The translations under genes and the position numbers were made by a program. A stretch of DNA of 51,192 bases from a bacterium (lineage in GTDB: Bacteria; JAJRZV01): NCBI GenBank assembly GCA_024275095.1, contig JAJRZV010000024.1:1-51192 (forward strand), in the 5' to 3' direction. Shown here one piece after another: positions 26,017 through 35,729 of this stretch. Each line of letters starts with the position of its first letter. The stretch's first letter is position 1. The notes below the pieces were generated by a model. That model was not told where the DNA came from. It was given only the letters and a program-made list of their open reading frames with translations, and made no database searches.

Positions 26017-28449
26017 ATGTCACAGCGATGTTTATTAATAAGGGCAACGCTTTTTTGCTGCATCTTCACACTGATGGGTATGGGTTGCGGCGGACGTGGT
26101 TCACCTTACGGCAGTGGAATTTTCGGAGAATGGGTAACCGATCCTTACGGCCTGCCGGCGTATCTCTACCGTTTTTCACTCTCAGACCCCCGTAGCTATT
26201 ACACTGTAAGAGATACAGGTTCGTGGGAACCGGAAAGACGTAACGACCACTATCATCTCATCGGTAACGAACGGACACTGGTAAGATGCTTCAATGATGG
26301 AAGTGCAGAACTCATAGCACCTCTCCGTCTGTTTGTAGCTGTAAATTATCATGCTCCCTCCAGGGGCCTTGGCACCGGCGGATACGGTATGCTTTTTTAT
26401 CCAGGAGGTTCCCTTTCCACGCGGTTTGAAGCCAACGCCCGAATACTTTTTGGAGAAGGCTACTGTAAAAAAGAAGTAAGAGACGGAGCCCATAGCATAA
26501 CACAGTATCTCTTCTCTCCAGACGGCAGGGACCCGGTTCTCATCTCGCTTTCGCAGGTCACAGGCAGCGGCGAATACGAAGACGCATTTGAAATAACACC
26601 CGTGGTGTTCACGCCCCTTTCTCCCGAAACAAAAAGGTTGCACTACCTGAAACAACAATCCAGGAATGCCGAAACCTTTAACGTAAACGGGCTTCCTTGG
26701 GCGAAATTCACATTTGACGGCATGCCGGAAAGAATCACGTTCTTTGTCGGAGCGGCTGCGGCGCCTGCAAAACTTGAAATTTCCGAAACGCTCTACGGAT
26801 ACACGGTAAAAGTAAAGTACACGTACACATCCAACACCCCTTATTACTGCACCCTGCTGGGATTCAGGACAGGTAAGGACCCGACTGTTACCGCTCTCGC
26901 ATATCGCTATCGCGATCGCTGCAACACCGCGCTTGAAGACCTGATCAATGCTATAAAAGAAGAGGCCCCCCTTTTCGACACAGAACCCTCCTACCTGAAA
27001 AGGGAAACGAGCTGGCACTACTCATATCTCCGCTCAGGTTTCATTTCAGGCGGTTCCGGTACCCGCGTAAAAACATCAGGATTCCAATCCTACGGGTATG
27101 TTATGGGTACCGGTTACTCGCCCGGGTTTGCTGAGCAGGCACCTGCACCGGGCAGGGATCTCTCGCAGCACGCGGAAGCTCTCGCTGTATACAATCCAGC
27201 CTTTGCCCGCGAAATCCTGGAACTCGTGCTGGAACAGGTGCCGCAAGACGTATCAATCACCTGGTGGCACATTCCCGGCGTTATCGCACCGAGCGATTAT
27301 GCGCTGTTTCTTATGTGGGCCGTGGAAAGGTACGTGCTTGTCACAGGAAATTTTTCATTTCTCGATACGAATTTACGTTTTTACGATGAAGGCACAGGAA
27401 GCGTATGGGAACATCTCACGGCTGCATACAACTACCTGAAGCAACGCGTCGGCAAAGGGCCTCACGGCCTGATACGCATTATGGGTGGTGACTGGAACGA
27501 TGCAGTGGTGTTTGCAGCCGGTACAGTCGAAGGAGCGGGATGGCAAAATGTCATGGAAGAAGGTGAATCCGTACTCAACACAGCAATGGCCTCTTATATT
27601 TTCCCCAGATTTGCCGAACTCGCACGCATGAGAGGTGACACGGCTCTTGCCGATGAACTGGAAGAGGAAGGCCAGGCAATGTGTGATGCGCTGGAGTACG
27701 CGTGGGCGGGAAAATGGTACGCACGAATGCTCCTTACAAGCACGCGCTCACAGGTGCAGGGGAATATCATCGGCAGTGACCGCATGTACCTCGAGCCTCA
27801 GCCCTGGGCTATCATGAGTGGTTGCGCGGACAGGTACGGACACACCCGCGTTTTGATTGAAAGCATAAGAAACGAGCTTCTATCGCGTTCCCCTATCGGT
27901 GCACCGCTTATCAGCCAGCCCGTAGGCCACGGTATCGGCGGAAGACCGGGGGAAGGACACGACGGAGGCGTGTGGCCGCTTCTCAACGGGTGGCTGGTCA
28001 GGGCGCTTGCAAAAGCGGAACCCACCCTCGCAAGTTCGCTTTACCTGCGAAACACTTTGGCTTACCACGCGGAGGTCTTCCCAAGCGTGTGGATAGGCAT
28101 ATGGAGCGCCTTCGACTCTTACAACATTTCACCCTCGCCCCGTCCCGGCTTCACCTGGGACCAGCTCCCTTTCTACGACATGAACATCGCTCCCATATCT
28201 CATCCCGACCCTCATTTCTCCCAGCTCGGAGCGCTTCTCAGTCTTCTGGGAATCGAATTCGAAATTAACAGCATTCGCATCAATGCACCTGCATGGGAAA
28301 ATAACTTTTATTTCAAAACCCCTATACTGGAAATCAAATTTTCAGAGGGAACGTACTCGCTCAACTACAAGCCGCTCGAAGGTCAACCATTACATGTTTC
28401 AGTAGAAACAGACACGCTTCCACTGAGAATAGCAAGGGAACAACAATAA
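26017..28449 (+). CDS. Lipoprotein with a GH94-like (alpha/alpha)6 glycoside phosphorylase/hydrolase domain
   Basis: Lipobox MGMGC; RDLSQ, YVLVTG...FLD, GPHGLIRIMGGDWND (catalytic-acid motif of cellobiose phosphorylases), GESV, YLEPQPWA, GGVWP. Confidence 0.8.
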   Translation: MSQRCLLIRATLFCCIFTLMGMGCGGRGSPYGSGIFGEWVTDPYGLPAYLYRFSLSDPRSYYTVRDTGSWEPERRNDHYHLIGNERTLVRCFNDGSAELIAPLRLFVAVNYHAPSRGLGTGGYGMLFYPGGSLSTRFEANARILFGEGYCKKEVRDGAHSITQYLFSPDGRDPVLISLSQVTGSGEYEDAFEITPVVFTPLSPETKRLHYLKQQSRNAETFNVNGLPWAKFTFDGMPERITFFVGAAAAPAKLEISETLYGYTVKVKYTYTSNTPYYCTLLGFRTGKDPTVTALAYRYRDRCNTALEDLINAIKEEAPLFDTEPSYLKRETSWHYSYLRSGFISGGSGTRVKTSGFQSYGYVMGTGYSPGFAEQAPAPGRDLSQHAEALAVYNPAFAREILELVLEQVPQDVSITWWHIPGVIAPSDYALFLMWAVERYVLVTGNFSFLDTNLRFYDEGTGSVWEHLTAAYNYLKQRVGKGPHGLIRIMGGDWNDAVVFAAGTVEGAGWQNVMEEGESVLNTAMASYIFPRFAELARMRGDTALADELEEEGQAMCDALEYAWAGKWYARMLLTSTRSQVQGNIIGSDRMYLEPQPWAIMSGCADRYGHTRVLIESIRNELLSRSPIGAPLISQPVGHGIGGRPGEGHDGGVWPLLNGWLVRALAKAEPTLASSLYLRNTLAYHAEVFPSVWIGIWSAFDSYNISPSPRPGFTWDQLPFYDMNIAPISHPDPHFSQLGALLSLLGIEFEINSIRINAPAWENNFYFKTPILEIKFSEGTYSLNYKPLEGQPLHVSVETDTLPLRIAREQQ

Positions 28450-28516
28450 CTCCTGCACTTTCTGCATAACCCGAAAACAGTCGGGCTCAACACGTTCGAA
28501 GTTGTACGGATTCAGG

Positions 28517-28744
28517 CTACGAATCCCGCGCAAGTACCCTGCGGGCGACACCAGCGTACTCTTCTGGCACTAAGAGACGAATGTTTGAAAAACCACCCGG
28601 CGCCGAGGGAATCAGACTGCAAATACTCTCATCGAACAGGAAAGCGTGAATGCCCTCTTCTTTCAATTTCCCTGCTGCCATGTGAGCTTCCAGTAAATTC
28701 TTGAATGTGGCAATTGTTACAAGTTTGTCTCTCATGGTATTCAT
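28517..28744 (-). CDS. DUF2007-like small putative signal-transducing protein
   Basis: LVTIATF.N..EAHMA.GKL.EEGI.AFL.DE...IRLLVPEE....AR.VL pattern. Confidence 0.8.
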   Translation of the reverse strand: MNTMRDKLVTIATFKNLLEAHMAAGKLKEEGIHAFLFDESICSLIPSAPGGFSNIRLLVPEEYAGVARRVLARDS

Positions 28745-28935
28745 GTTATCCTTGAAATATCTGTTTCACAATACAAGAGCTGTTGTGTCCGAGCCTCTCA
28801 GCTTTTCCCGTTTAAGCAGGCCTGGAAAAGGGAAAGGATTTAAGGTTAAAACTTGCAAGTGTAGAGACATTTCATGAAAAGGACAACACGCATAGTATTT
28901 GGAACAGTCCTATTCATACTGGTAAAATAACCGCG

Positions 28936-30429
28936 GTGATATCTTTCAAATATTATTCACGCATATATTTTCTATTCATCTCTACCATAACAGTCTGCTG
29001 CACATCGTGCTCAACCACGAAACCGATCAACCCCTGCCTGCGCGTATTCGCTGATCCTCTTTACGTATTCGAGGTGGCTGAAAATTACCAGGCCGGCATG
29101 GCATCCAGTTACGACCGGACCGGTGGAAACAGCGATGGTCTTCTTTATTCTTACCTTTACCGGGACGGAGACGAATACGTACTTCTGGAAGCAGAGGGGT
29201 CCGGGTGTCTCACGCGCATATGGTTCGACTACATGGCTCGATTTCCCGGATTCGGAAAGGAACTGCGTTTCTACCTCTCCAACTCCGGCAGTCCCACACT
29301 GGTCATGCGATTCGCTGAAGTTTTCAATGGAGACTTCAGCCCGTTTCTTTTCCCGCTATCGGTCGGGCCCCGTCTTTCAAGCGGAGGATACATCAGCTAT
29401 ACACCTCTTCCTTTTGAAGGTCGAGTAAAGGTCACCGCCACATTCAGACCTGTGTACTACCAGATCGGTTACATGCTCTACAGAGGAACAGATTCCGAAC
29501 AGCATAAAGTTCCACTGGATGACGTAGAGTACGTAAAAGCAGCTGAGACAGTAAAGGCACAAAGCTTCAATACAGGTAAGGAAGGTCCTTCTTACACGGC
29601 CGTGATAGAGCCGGGCACAGAAGTGAGATTGCTTCAGCACGAAGGCACAGGCATACTGAAATCATTTACGGTAAAGTCCGCGCACCTGGAAGATCTAATC
29701 ATTAAAGGTTACTGGAACGGTGCCACCGCACCGCAGTTCACCCTCCCTCTTGGCGAGTTTTTTTATGTAGGTGGAGCGCGCGATGTCATGTCGTTTTACG
29801 TGAAGAGACGAACACACACCTTTTCATTCTCCATGCCCGTACCCTTTCAAAAAGGTCTTGGCCTGGCAGTAAAGAATACAGGAGATTACGCTGTTGCAGT
29901 AACCGTAGAAGGTCAGATGGAAGAACGTGACGATGCTTTAGAAATGCCTCTGCTGCACAGTGTGGTCATGCCCCTTCGCAGAACCGGCGCCGGGAAAATG
30001 TTTGTGCTCACAGACGTGAAAGGCAGGGGCTTTTTCGCCGGCACAGTACTGCGCATGGAAGGAGAAACAGAAACCTTTGCGGAGTGCCGGGAAGCCATGG
30101 GGGTGAACTCGGAACTCTGCTTTCTGGAAGGAGATGAATACTTTTACGTTGACGGTTCAACACAGCCATCGCTACAGGGCACGGGTACAGAAGATTACTT
30201 CAATGCAGGTTATTACTTCATGTTCGGATCTTTCTCCCTTCCTTTCCACGGCCTGATAGAGCTGGGGCTTACGGATACCGGCCATGCACGGGTAATTGCG
30301 TACCGATTTCACCTGAGCGACCCTGTCCCGTTTTCTCACAGTTTGAGGGTGGAACTGGAGGTGGGCCCCCTTGACGATGTCCACGGAAAGTACAGTTCTA
30401 TTTCGTTCGTGTACCTGAATTCACCATGA
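28936..30429 (+). CDS. DUF2961 / GH172-family protein, probable lipoprotein
   Basis: SSYDRTGGNSD, GSGCLTRIW, FLEGDE, GTGTEDYFN, YRFHLSDPVPF; Cys-containing N-terminal signal (CCTSC). Confidence 0.85.
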   Translation: MISFKYYSRIYFLFISTITVCCTSCSTTKPINPCLRVFADPLYVFEVAENYQAGMASSYDRTGGNSDGLLYSYLYRDGDEYVLLEAEGSGCLTRIWFDYMARFPGFGKELRFYLSNSGSPTLVMRFAEVFNGDFSPFLFPLSVGPRLSSGGYISYTPLPFEGRVKVTATFRPVYYQIGYMLYRGTDSEQHKVPLDDVEYVKAAETVKAQSFNTGKEGPSYTAVIEPGTEVRLLQHEGTGILKSFTVKSAHLEDLIIKGYWNGATAPQFTLPLGEFFYVGGARDVMSFYVKRRTHTFSFSMPVPFQKGLGLAVKNTGDYAVAVTVEGQMEERDDALEMPLLHSVVMPLRRTGAGKMFVLTDVKGRGFFAGTVLRMEGETETFAECREAMGVNSELCFLEGDEYFYVDGSTQPSLQGTGTEDYFNAGYYFMFGSFSLPFHGLIELGLTDTGHARVIAYRFHLSDPVPFSHSLRVELEVGPLDDVHGKYSSISFVYLNSP

Positions 30430-30442
30430 AGGTCACGAAATA

Positions 30443-33247
30443 ATGCAGGGCAATTTACACTGTTTCCGAATCTGTGCAGGCGTACTGAGCATATTCTTTT
30501 TGTTTGCAGGTTGTGAGAAAAAAGCTCCTGTCAGCACTGTCACCGCATACATTATCACATCGCAAAGTCACGTCCCGTCCCTGCCAGGCGACAGTGCATG
30601 GGCAAGGCCCGGTGACTTTGTCCTTGAAAACGAAAATCTCATCGCTGTAATACGCCAGCCCGGACGGACGCCCGGATATTTCCTGTACGGGGGCAACCTC
30701 ATAGACCTGGCACTGAAACTACCGGACGGTTCCCTCGCGCCTGACGTGCTCCAGCAAATGAGCCTGCTCTTCAACGCGGGTTACACGCCTGATAACTCGC
30801 GGGTGTACATTATCACCAGAAACGGCCTGCCGGTGGTCCGTGCAGAAGGCACACTGGCACTCTACGAGACGCTGGATTTCAAGGCAATCTTCGGAATAGA
30901 CCTCAATACATTATGGTTCATACCCGACGCGATCCTTCCAAAGATTCACGTGATCACGGAATATTCTCTGCGTGAAACCGAACCCGTGGTGGAAGTGAGC
31001 GTTACAGTAATCAACCGTTCACGGGCACGCGTGCGGCTTTTACCCGGCGCCATCGTCAATGCCGGCGACGGCGAAATATTCTTCGCAAATTCGCCCCAGG
31101 GATTTGGTGAACAAACGTTTCGAGAGATTGATTTTGCCTCATGGCTTCAGGGACGCTTCGGGTTCAGTTATATTGCTCCCTCCGGGGCCGTGGGGTTCTC
31201 ACAATCCAAGGGTGTGGTGCTCATGCACAACCCTTTTTCCGGCAAATTCGAGCCCCTGGTTCTCAAACCAGGCGAAATAACCACGTACACCTTTTACATT
31301 ATCGCCGATGAACAGCCCGTTGCTGCGGCGAGACAGTTCTACGCGAGGCTCAAAAGTGAAAGAACAGTAAGTATAAACGGCAGGGTTGCCGAGGAGCATA
31401 CGGGCAGGCCTGTGGAAAATGCCCGCGTCGCCGTACTGGGTCCACTGCCTGAAGAAAACGCTTATTCAATTTTTGTCACCGGCAGTGACGGCCGATTCAG
31501 CGGAAGGCTGCCCCCGGGAAAATACATCTTTGTAGCAGAACGTGACGGCCTTGCCACCTCGCTCACCGACGTCGTAACCCTCAGTCCGGAGAGCGGCTCG
31601 TATCCAATTTCGCTGACCGTGCCCCGATTTTTCACCGTGAAATTTTCGGTTGTAAACGAAAAAAAGCGGCTCATTCCAGCGAAAATCTCTGTTATCGGCT
31701 TGAAAAACACCTTTCGACCAACCGTGTTCAGGGATGTCACGTGGGATTTCATTCCCGAGGGACTGGCGACTGTGGTCCATGCCTGTACAGGAGAGGGTGA
31801 GGTAAAATTGCCACCGGGCAGGTACGAGTTTGTGGCCTCGCGTGGAGTGGAATATTCCATCTCGGAAAAAGAACTGGAAATCGTTGATACGGATGTAGAA
31901 ATATCTTTTAAACTTTACCACGTGGTTAATGTTCCTGGATTTATATCCGGAGATTTCCACGTCCACGCAGCAAGTTTCGATGCACCGCTCTCCAACCGCG
32001 AGAGAGTAATCACATTTGCGACGGAAGGAGTCGAAATACTGGGAATTACAGACCACGACGCTGTGGTGGATTTTTCCGGGTATGTAAAAGAGCTGGAATT
32101 ACAAGACTACGTAAAAGTGGTTACCGGAGAGGAAATCACCACCGTGGGCTTCGGACATTTCAACGTCTATCCCATGAAGCCAGATCCTGAAAGACTTGAT
32201 GGAGGAGCCATAGACTGGGGACTCGCCCCGGGCAGAGACTACATGATGACAGCAGAGGAGATTTTTCAGGCGGTAAGGGCGCTGGAAAAGGAAGAAGGCA
32301 CGCCAAAAGTCATCCAGGTTAATCATCCGTGGGGCAAAGCAGGAGGCCTCTCACAGATGGGGTACTTCGACGCAGCAGACATCACGTTTCTTCCCGACGG
32401 CACGGTTACAGATGGACCAAACCGGACCGATCCTGCACGGCTTCGCCTGCCGCCCAATTCGAACATTTTTTCACCCGGATTCGACGCACTGGAGATCTAC
32501 AACAGCCTGTGGACCTGGGGAAGGGAAGGAAGAATCGACCCTGAACTGCCCCTGTGGGCATGGTTTAACCTTCTCAACAGCGGCTACCGTGTCACAGCCA
32601 TGGGTAACACGGACACCCATCACAAGTTCGTCATCGCCGCAGGGTATCCAAGAAATTTTATCCGTGTGGAACACGCAGCACCTGCCATAGTGAGCATTGC
32701 AGAAATTGTAGACGGCATAAAAGGAGGTCACTGCATGCTCACCAACGGTCCTTTTGTAAACGTGGAGGTGTACTCACCATCTACAGAAGAAAGGGGCTCG
32801 ATGGGCGATACCGTGAATACCTCCGACGGTATCATTCAGCTTACGGTATCCATCATGTCTCCCGCATGGGCTCCCTTTTCGCGGCTGGAAATCTATTCCA
32901 ACCCGGTACTCCCGGGCCACCAGGACGAGTTCATACCCGGAAGCCTCTCCACGTATGCTCTTGTGCTTCAGGACATTGACCCCTCTCAGATTCAGCGTTT
33001 CTATCTGGATCCTGAAAATCCGGAAAGTGAACGACTCCAGTTTGAAAAAACCTTCAACCTCACAGGTTTCAAAGGTGAGCGGTGGATTGTGGTTCGAGTC
33101 ACAGGGGAACGTCCGCTGTTCCCTGTAATCCCCAACAGGATCAAATCGGGCCACGCTCTTCAGGAGCTGTTCAACAGGGATTTTGCAGAAGACGAAAGCG
33201 TACGGGTAGTGGCCGTGACCAATCCCGTATACGTAAACGGGCCATGA
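30443..33247 (+). CDS. PHP-family (CehA/McbA-like) metallohydrolase lipoprotein with carboxypeptidase-regulatory-like domains
   Basis: Lipobox FAGC; metal-binding motifs GDFHVH, TDHD, GEE, GHFN, NHP, GNTDTH; C-terminal TNP. Confidence 0.87.
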   Translation: MQGNLHCFRICAGVLSIFFLFAGCEKKAPVSTVTAYIITSQSHVPSLPGDSAWARPGDFVLENENLIAVIRQPGRTPGYFLYGGNLIDLALKLPDGSLAPDVLQQMSLLFNAGYTPDNSRVYIITRNGLPVVRAEGTLALYETLDFKAIFGIDLNTLWFIPDAILPKIHVITEYSLRETEPVVEVSVTVINRSRARVRLLPGAIVNAGDGEIFFANSPQGFGEQTFREIDFASWLQGRFGFSYIAPSGAVGFSQSKGVVLMHNPFSGKFEPLVLKPGEITTYTFYIIADEQPVAAARQFYARLKSERTVSINGRVAEEHTGRPVENARVAVLGPLPEENAYSIFVTGSDGRFSGRLPPGKYIFVAERDGLATSLTDVVTLSPESGSYPISLTVPRFFTVKFSVVNEKKRLIPAKISVIGLKNTFRPTVFRDVTWDFIPEGLATVVHACTGEGEVKLPPGRYEFVASRGVEYSISEKELEIVDTDVEISFKLYHVVNVPGFISGDFHVHAASFDAPLSNRERVITFATEGVEILGITDHDAVVDFSGYVKELELQDYVKVVTGEEITTVGFGHFNVYPMKPDPERLDGGAIDWGLAPGRDYMMTAEEIFQAVRALEKEEGTPKVIQVNHPWGKAGGLSQMGYFDAADITFLPDGTVTDGPNRTDPARLRLPPNSNIFSPGFDALEIYNSLWTWGREGRIDPELPLWAWFNLLNSGYRVTAMGNTDTHHKFVIAAGYPRNFIRVEHAAPAIVSIAEIVDGIKGGHCMLTNGPFVNVEVYSPSTEERGSMGDTVNTSDGIIQLTVSIMSPAWAPFSRLEIYSNPVLPGHQDEFIPGSLSTYALVLQDIDPSQIQRFYLDPENPESERLQFEKTFNLTGFKGERWIVVRVTGERPLFPVIPNRIKSGHALQELFNRDFAEDESVRVVAVTNPVYVNGP

Positions 33248-33279
33248 ATCCAGAAACAAAAATAAAGCGAGGTAACGTA

Positions 33280-35607
33280 ATGGACACATTTAATCGACGT
33301 TTAAGGATCATTCCCTTACTGAAGTGGGGTAGTATATTGTTTTTTATGGTAACTTCACCAATATTCATTCCATTTTCTGCACGAGGAGACCTTACCATAA
33401 ACATGCTGGACGCGTTTTACGGGCCAACCAATATCAATGCAGGCACCGGTAATGGCAGACTTACGGCAGCATTTTCACGTCGTGGTGAAATCACCCTCTT
33501 CAAATACCCCAATCCCACCTACTACGACCAGATCAGTTACCGAACGGCACCTTCTTCATACTACGAACCGCGCATGGGAGCCCGGGAAAATGCCGGAGCA
33601 TTCGGTGGAATTTTCTACAGGACTGTTACTGCCACGGCAGGAAAAGCGACTTTTTTCCGTGACACCAACTGGGAAGTATCGCAGGGATACGATGCACCTG
33701 ACTCCTGTGTGATTATCACCGAATACCAGGAAAACACACTGGGCATAAAAGTCACACAAGAAGATTTTGTACATCCGGTCCTGAACGTGCTTGTAAGGCG
33801 GGTAAGCATAGAAGTGGATAATCCGGATAACTTTGCAGAGCTCAAATTCCTGTTCTTTGCAAATTTCGATCCCACCACTGAAAAAATTCCCTACATGCCT
33901 GTTGCCGACTGGGCCTACGACAACGAGATGGATTTTGCACGCAGGCCCAACGACTTTGCCGCCGTATATCTGCCGGGTGAACATGCACTGCTTTCATTTA
34001 AGCCGGAAGGGGGACATTCCTTTACATCCTTCAATTTCGGAGAGGACCTTACCCGGAGCATATCACGCCAGGCACCCTCAGGAATTTTCATTGTCGCATC
34101 ATCAAGGCCTGATTTCAGTGAATTTCAGGTAGGGGTAGAAAAAGGGGGAAAGAATTCAGTGGGTGGTGAAGATCCTTATTACGATATGGAAGACGGTATT
34201 TTGAACGGTGACACATCATGTCTTGGAGTGTGTGCCAAGGGCTTTGCTATTGAAATAAACACCACACCTTTTCAGGTGGACATATTCATGGCAGCAGGTC
34301 AAACATTAAACGAAGCACTTGTGGAACTGCGGAAGGCCCGCGAGAAAGGCGCATCTGTAATGGAACAGGAAACAATTGACTTCTGTAAGGAACTGCTCGA
34401 CCGCGCTTACGTCCCGTCATCCTTTTCCTCCACGATGGCGGCAACGGTTCTTCGGGCCCTGCACGTAGCGTTTTTTTCGCAGGACCCGGAAAGTGGCGCC
34501 ATCGTCGCATCGGTTGCCACGCAACCCCCGTACTACATGGACTGGCCACGCGACGGCGCGTATATTCAATTCGCTCTTGATGTGGCAGGCTATACCGACC
34601 TCGCACAAAAGCACGCGCTCTTTCTCGCATCTGTTATTCGCAAACAGGACACCCCGTTCTTTCCCGCAGGCACGTACGGGATAAATTATTATGCCGACGG
34701 TGTAGAAGGCTTTCCTCCGTACTTTCTTGAATGGGACGAAACAGGACTGGCCGTATGGGCCATGGTGGTGCACGGGTACTTCATTCAGGACGATTGCGAG
34801 AGAAAAAATTATTACAGGCAGGTATATCCCGCTGTAAAGCTGGCGGGTGAGGCTCTGTACTCCTGTCGGGATGAAGCAACGGGCCTTGCGTGTGAGTATT
34901 TCAACGAAGGCAAAATGCAGCCAGTGCGTGATGCCTACGGCGACATCACCGTGCTGACCGGCCTGAGGTCAGCAGCCATGCTCGCGCGAGCCATGGGCGA
35001 TACATCGCTGGCAGAAAAATGGGAAAGTCGAGCCGATGAACTTGATGCAGCCATGGAAGAGTATGGCGAGTGGTGTATGTACTTTACATATCCTTACTCA
35101 AGGTACTGCCGTGACGTCATCACCAACCAGGCACAAAAGAGTTTCCAGCAGGTACAGCGCTTTGTTTCAAAAGAACCTGGAGAATACGCGTACGTCGGCA
35201 TGATGCTTATCCCTTACGCACTGGGCCTTTCGAACACTGTCGAGTACCGCGGTGAGCTTAAAGAGGCTGTCAGGGTGCTCCTCGAAGACGCACCAACCCA
35301 GGACACACGACATTTTGCAGAAATTTACACCGTCACACCCACCGGACAGTTCGAACAGCGTAACGACGTGCCGCAGAACTGGTCTGCCACGTCTTCTTAC
35401 CTGGCAGGCGTGGCTGTATACGCGCCCGAGAAGGTATTTTCTCCCCTGCTCTACAGGCCTCGTTTCCAATGCGAAGTACCATCATGTGGATGCAGCAGTA
35501 CAGGAATGAATGCCGGTGATTACTACTCACCCTTGGCAAATCTGCTCGTGTGGCTCATCCCTCTCCTGATTATTATGCGTGGTTACCATTCGAAACAAAA
35601 GGGATAA
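33280..35607 (+). CDS. Exported GH15-like six-hairpin glycosidase with a C-terminal GC-motif/TM sorting tail (alternative start at 33244)
   Basis: Signal peptide; SGAIVAS, YYMDWPRDG, WDETG, FAEIY, PQNWS; tail SCGCSST...LLVWLIPLLII-RGYHSKQKG; GAGGT RBS before ATG 33280. Confidence 0.82.
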   Translation: MDTFNRRLRIIPLLKWGSILFFMVTSPIFIPFSARGDLTINMLDAFYGPTNINAGTGNGRLTAAFSRRGEITLFKYPNPTYYDQISYRTAPSSYYEPRMGARENAGAFGGIFYRTVTATAGKATFFRDTNWEVSQGYDAPDSCVIITEYQENTLGIKVTQEDFVHPVLNVLVRRVSIEVDNPDNFAELKFLFFANFDPTTEKIPYMPVADWAYDNEMDFARRPNDFAAVYLPGEHALLSFKPEGGHSFTSFNFGEDLTRSISRQAPSGIFIVASSRPDFSEFQVGVEKGGKNSVGGEDPYYDMEDGILNGDTSCLGVCAKGFAIEINTTPFQVDIFMAAGQTLNEALVELRKAREKGASVMEQETIDFCKELLDRAYVPSSFSSTMAATVLRALHVAFFSQDPESGAIVASVATQPPYYMDWPRDGAYIQFALDVAGYTDLAQKHALFLASVIRKQDTPFFPAGTYGINYYADGVEGFPPYFLEWDETGLAVWAMVVHGYFIQDDCERKNYYRQVYPAVKLAGEALYSCRDEATGLACEYFNEGKMQPVRDAYGDITVLTGLRSAAMLARAMGDTSLAEKWESRADELDAAMEEYGEWCMYFTYPYSRYCRDVITNQAQKSFQQVQRFVSKEPGEYAYVGMMLIPYALGLSNTVEYRGELKEAVRVLLEDAPTQDTRHFAEIYTVTPTGQFEQRNDVPQNWSATSSYLAGVAVYAPEKVFSPLLYRPRFQCEVPSCGCSSTGMNAGDYYSPLANLLVWLIPLLIIMRGYHSKQKG

Positions 35608-35666
35608 AAACAGGTATCTATTTTATCACGGAAACACGTAGAACCTGCCTTCCATGTGAAGCAAAA

Positions 35667-35724
35667 ACAGGGAAGGGCAGGCTCTCGTTTACTCTCTCGG
35701 TCAGGGCCTGCCCTTATCCCCTGT
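35667..35724. terminator. Long hairpin between convergent genes (probable terminator)
   Basis: ACAGGG-AAGGGCAGGCTCT ... AGGGCCTGCCCTT-ATC-CCCTGT inverted repeat; an A-run just before it would give a U-tract on the minus strand. Confidence 0.6.
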
Positions 35725-35729
35725 AAGGC

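Noticed and set aside
26182-27018. 278-aa antisense ORF, and similar long antisense ORFs (22213-22881, 31466-32056, 42084-42701, 47089-47646)
   Set aside because: Fully nested opposite well-supported genes, with no motifs; typical shadow ORFs.
28745-28935. Several short palindromes (ACTTGCAAGT, TTTCATGAAA, CTTTTCC/GGAAAAG) as a possible riboswitch or sRNA
   Set aside because: No recognisable aptamer consensus; consistent with an ordinary divergent promoter region.
33082-33243. N-terminal extension of the GH15-like ORF in the ORF track
   Set aside because: Overlaps the PHP gene by over 160 nt; the RBS and signal peptide point to a start at 33244 or 33280. The same reasoning was used to trim starts at 13004, 43809, 44938, 46157 and 46477.
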